A DNA stretch of 63,904 nucleotides, the filler included, from Octopus bimaculoides (Eukaryota): assembly GCF_001194135.2 (NCBI RefSeq). It is 5 parts of 5 records of this genome, joined end to end, with 100 filler letters (N's around TTAATTAATTAA, not from the genome) between each part and the next. Parts side by side here need not be neighbours in the genome. Positions count along the whole stretch, not along the records: positions 59,535 to 63,904 come from NW_026296058.1; 4 more parts are not named here. The stretch is one strand, 5' to 3'. A program made the position numbers and the translations under genes. Within the stretch, counting starts at the first letter, position 1. Every line of letters starts with the position of its first letter. The notes under the pieces were generated by a model. The model was given only the letters and a program-made list of their open reading frames with translations. It was not told the origin of the DNA and did no database searches. Shown one piece after another: positions 63,722-63,904 of the stretch.

Positions 63722-63904
63722 ATTATTAATGATGGCATGAGCTGGATGGTTTGACAGAAGCTGGTAAGCTGGAGAGCTGCACCAGACTTCATTGTCAGCT
63801 TTGGCATGGTTTCTATGGCTTGGTGCCTTTCCTAATACCAACTACTTTATAGAGTGTACCAAGTGCTTTTCATGTAGCACCAGCACTGGTGTATTTTTTA
63901 CATG
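63722..63904. repeat. Probable SINE-like repeat fragment
   Basis: GGTTTCTATGGCTTGGTGCCTTTCCTAATACCAAC resembles a recalled RTE-associated SINE motif (GATGCCCTTCCT.ACGCCAAC); truncated by the window end. Confidence 0.4.

Overview
Repeat-dominated, gap-rich eukaryotic draft scaffold. Very dense (TA)n/(TG)n/(GATA)n/(CATA)n microsatellites, several tRNA-derived SINE families and the LINE/mariner mix resemble a coleoid cephalopod, most likely Octopus (inferred from repeat style, not verified). No intact protein-coding gene, CRISPR array or prokaryotic system is visible. Almost all listed ORFs are microsatellite or N-gap read-throughs. Recognisable content is decayed mobile DNA: R4/Dong-like and other RLE-type non-LTR fragments, CR1-group, RTE and Tx1/L1 LINE fragments, Penelope-like (PLE) N-terminal and GIY-YIG fragments, three mariner remnants, hAT and Tc1/mariner MITEs with clean TIRs/TSDs, and more than 20 SINE copies. 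Most interesting signals: (1) three independent minimal type-I hammerhead ribozyme folds in PLE-type short repeats, plus a three-copy element carrying both hammerhead half-cores in permuted order; (2) a CR1-group LINE and the commonest SINE share a 51-nt 3' tail with a compensatory stem change, a candidate LINE/SINE partnership; (3) a repeat-free island at ~31.3-33.4 kb with a symmetric ETS-TATA-ETS promoter candidate and a possible two-exon 80-aa ORF; (4) close inverted repeat pairs able to form dsRNA. SINE family letters A-E are my own working labels.
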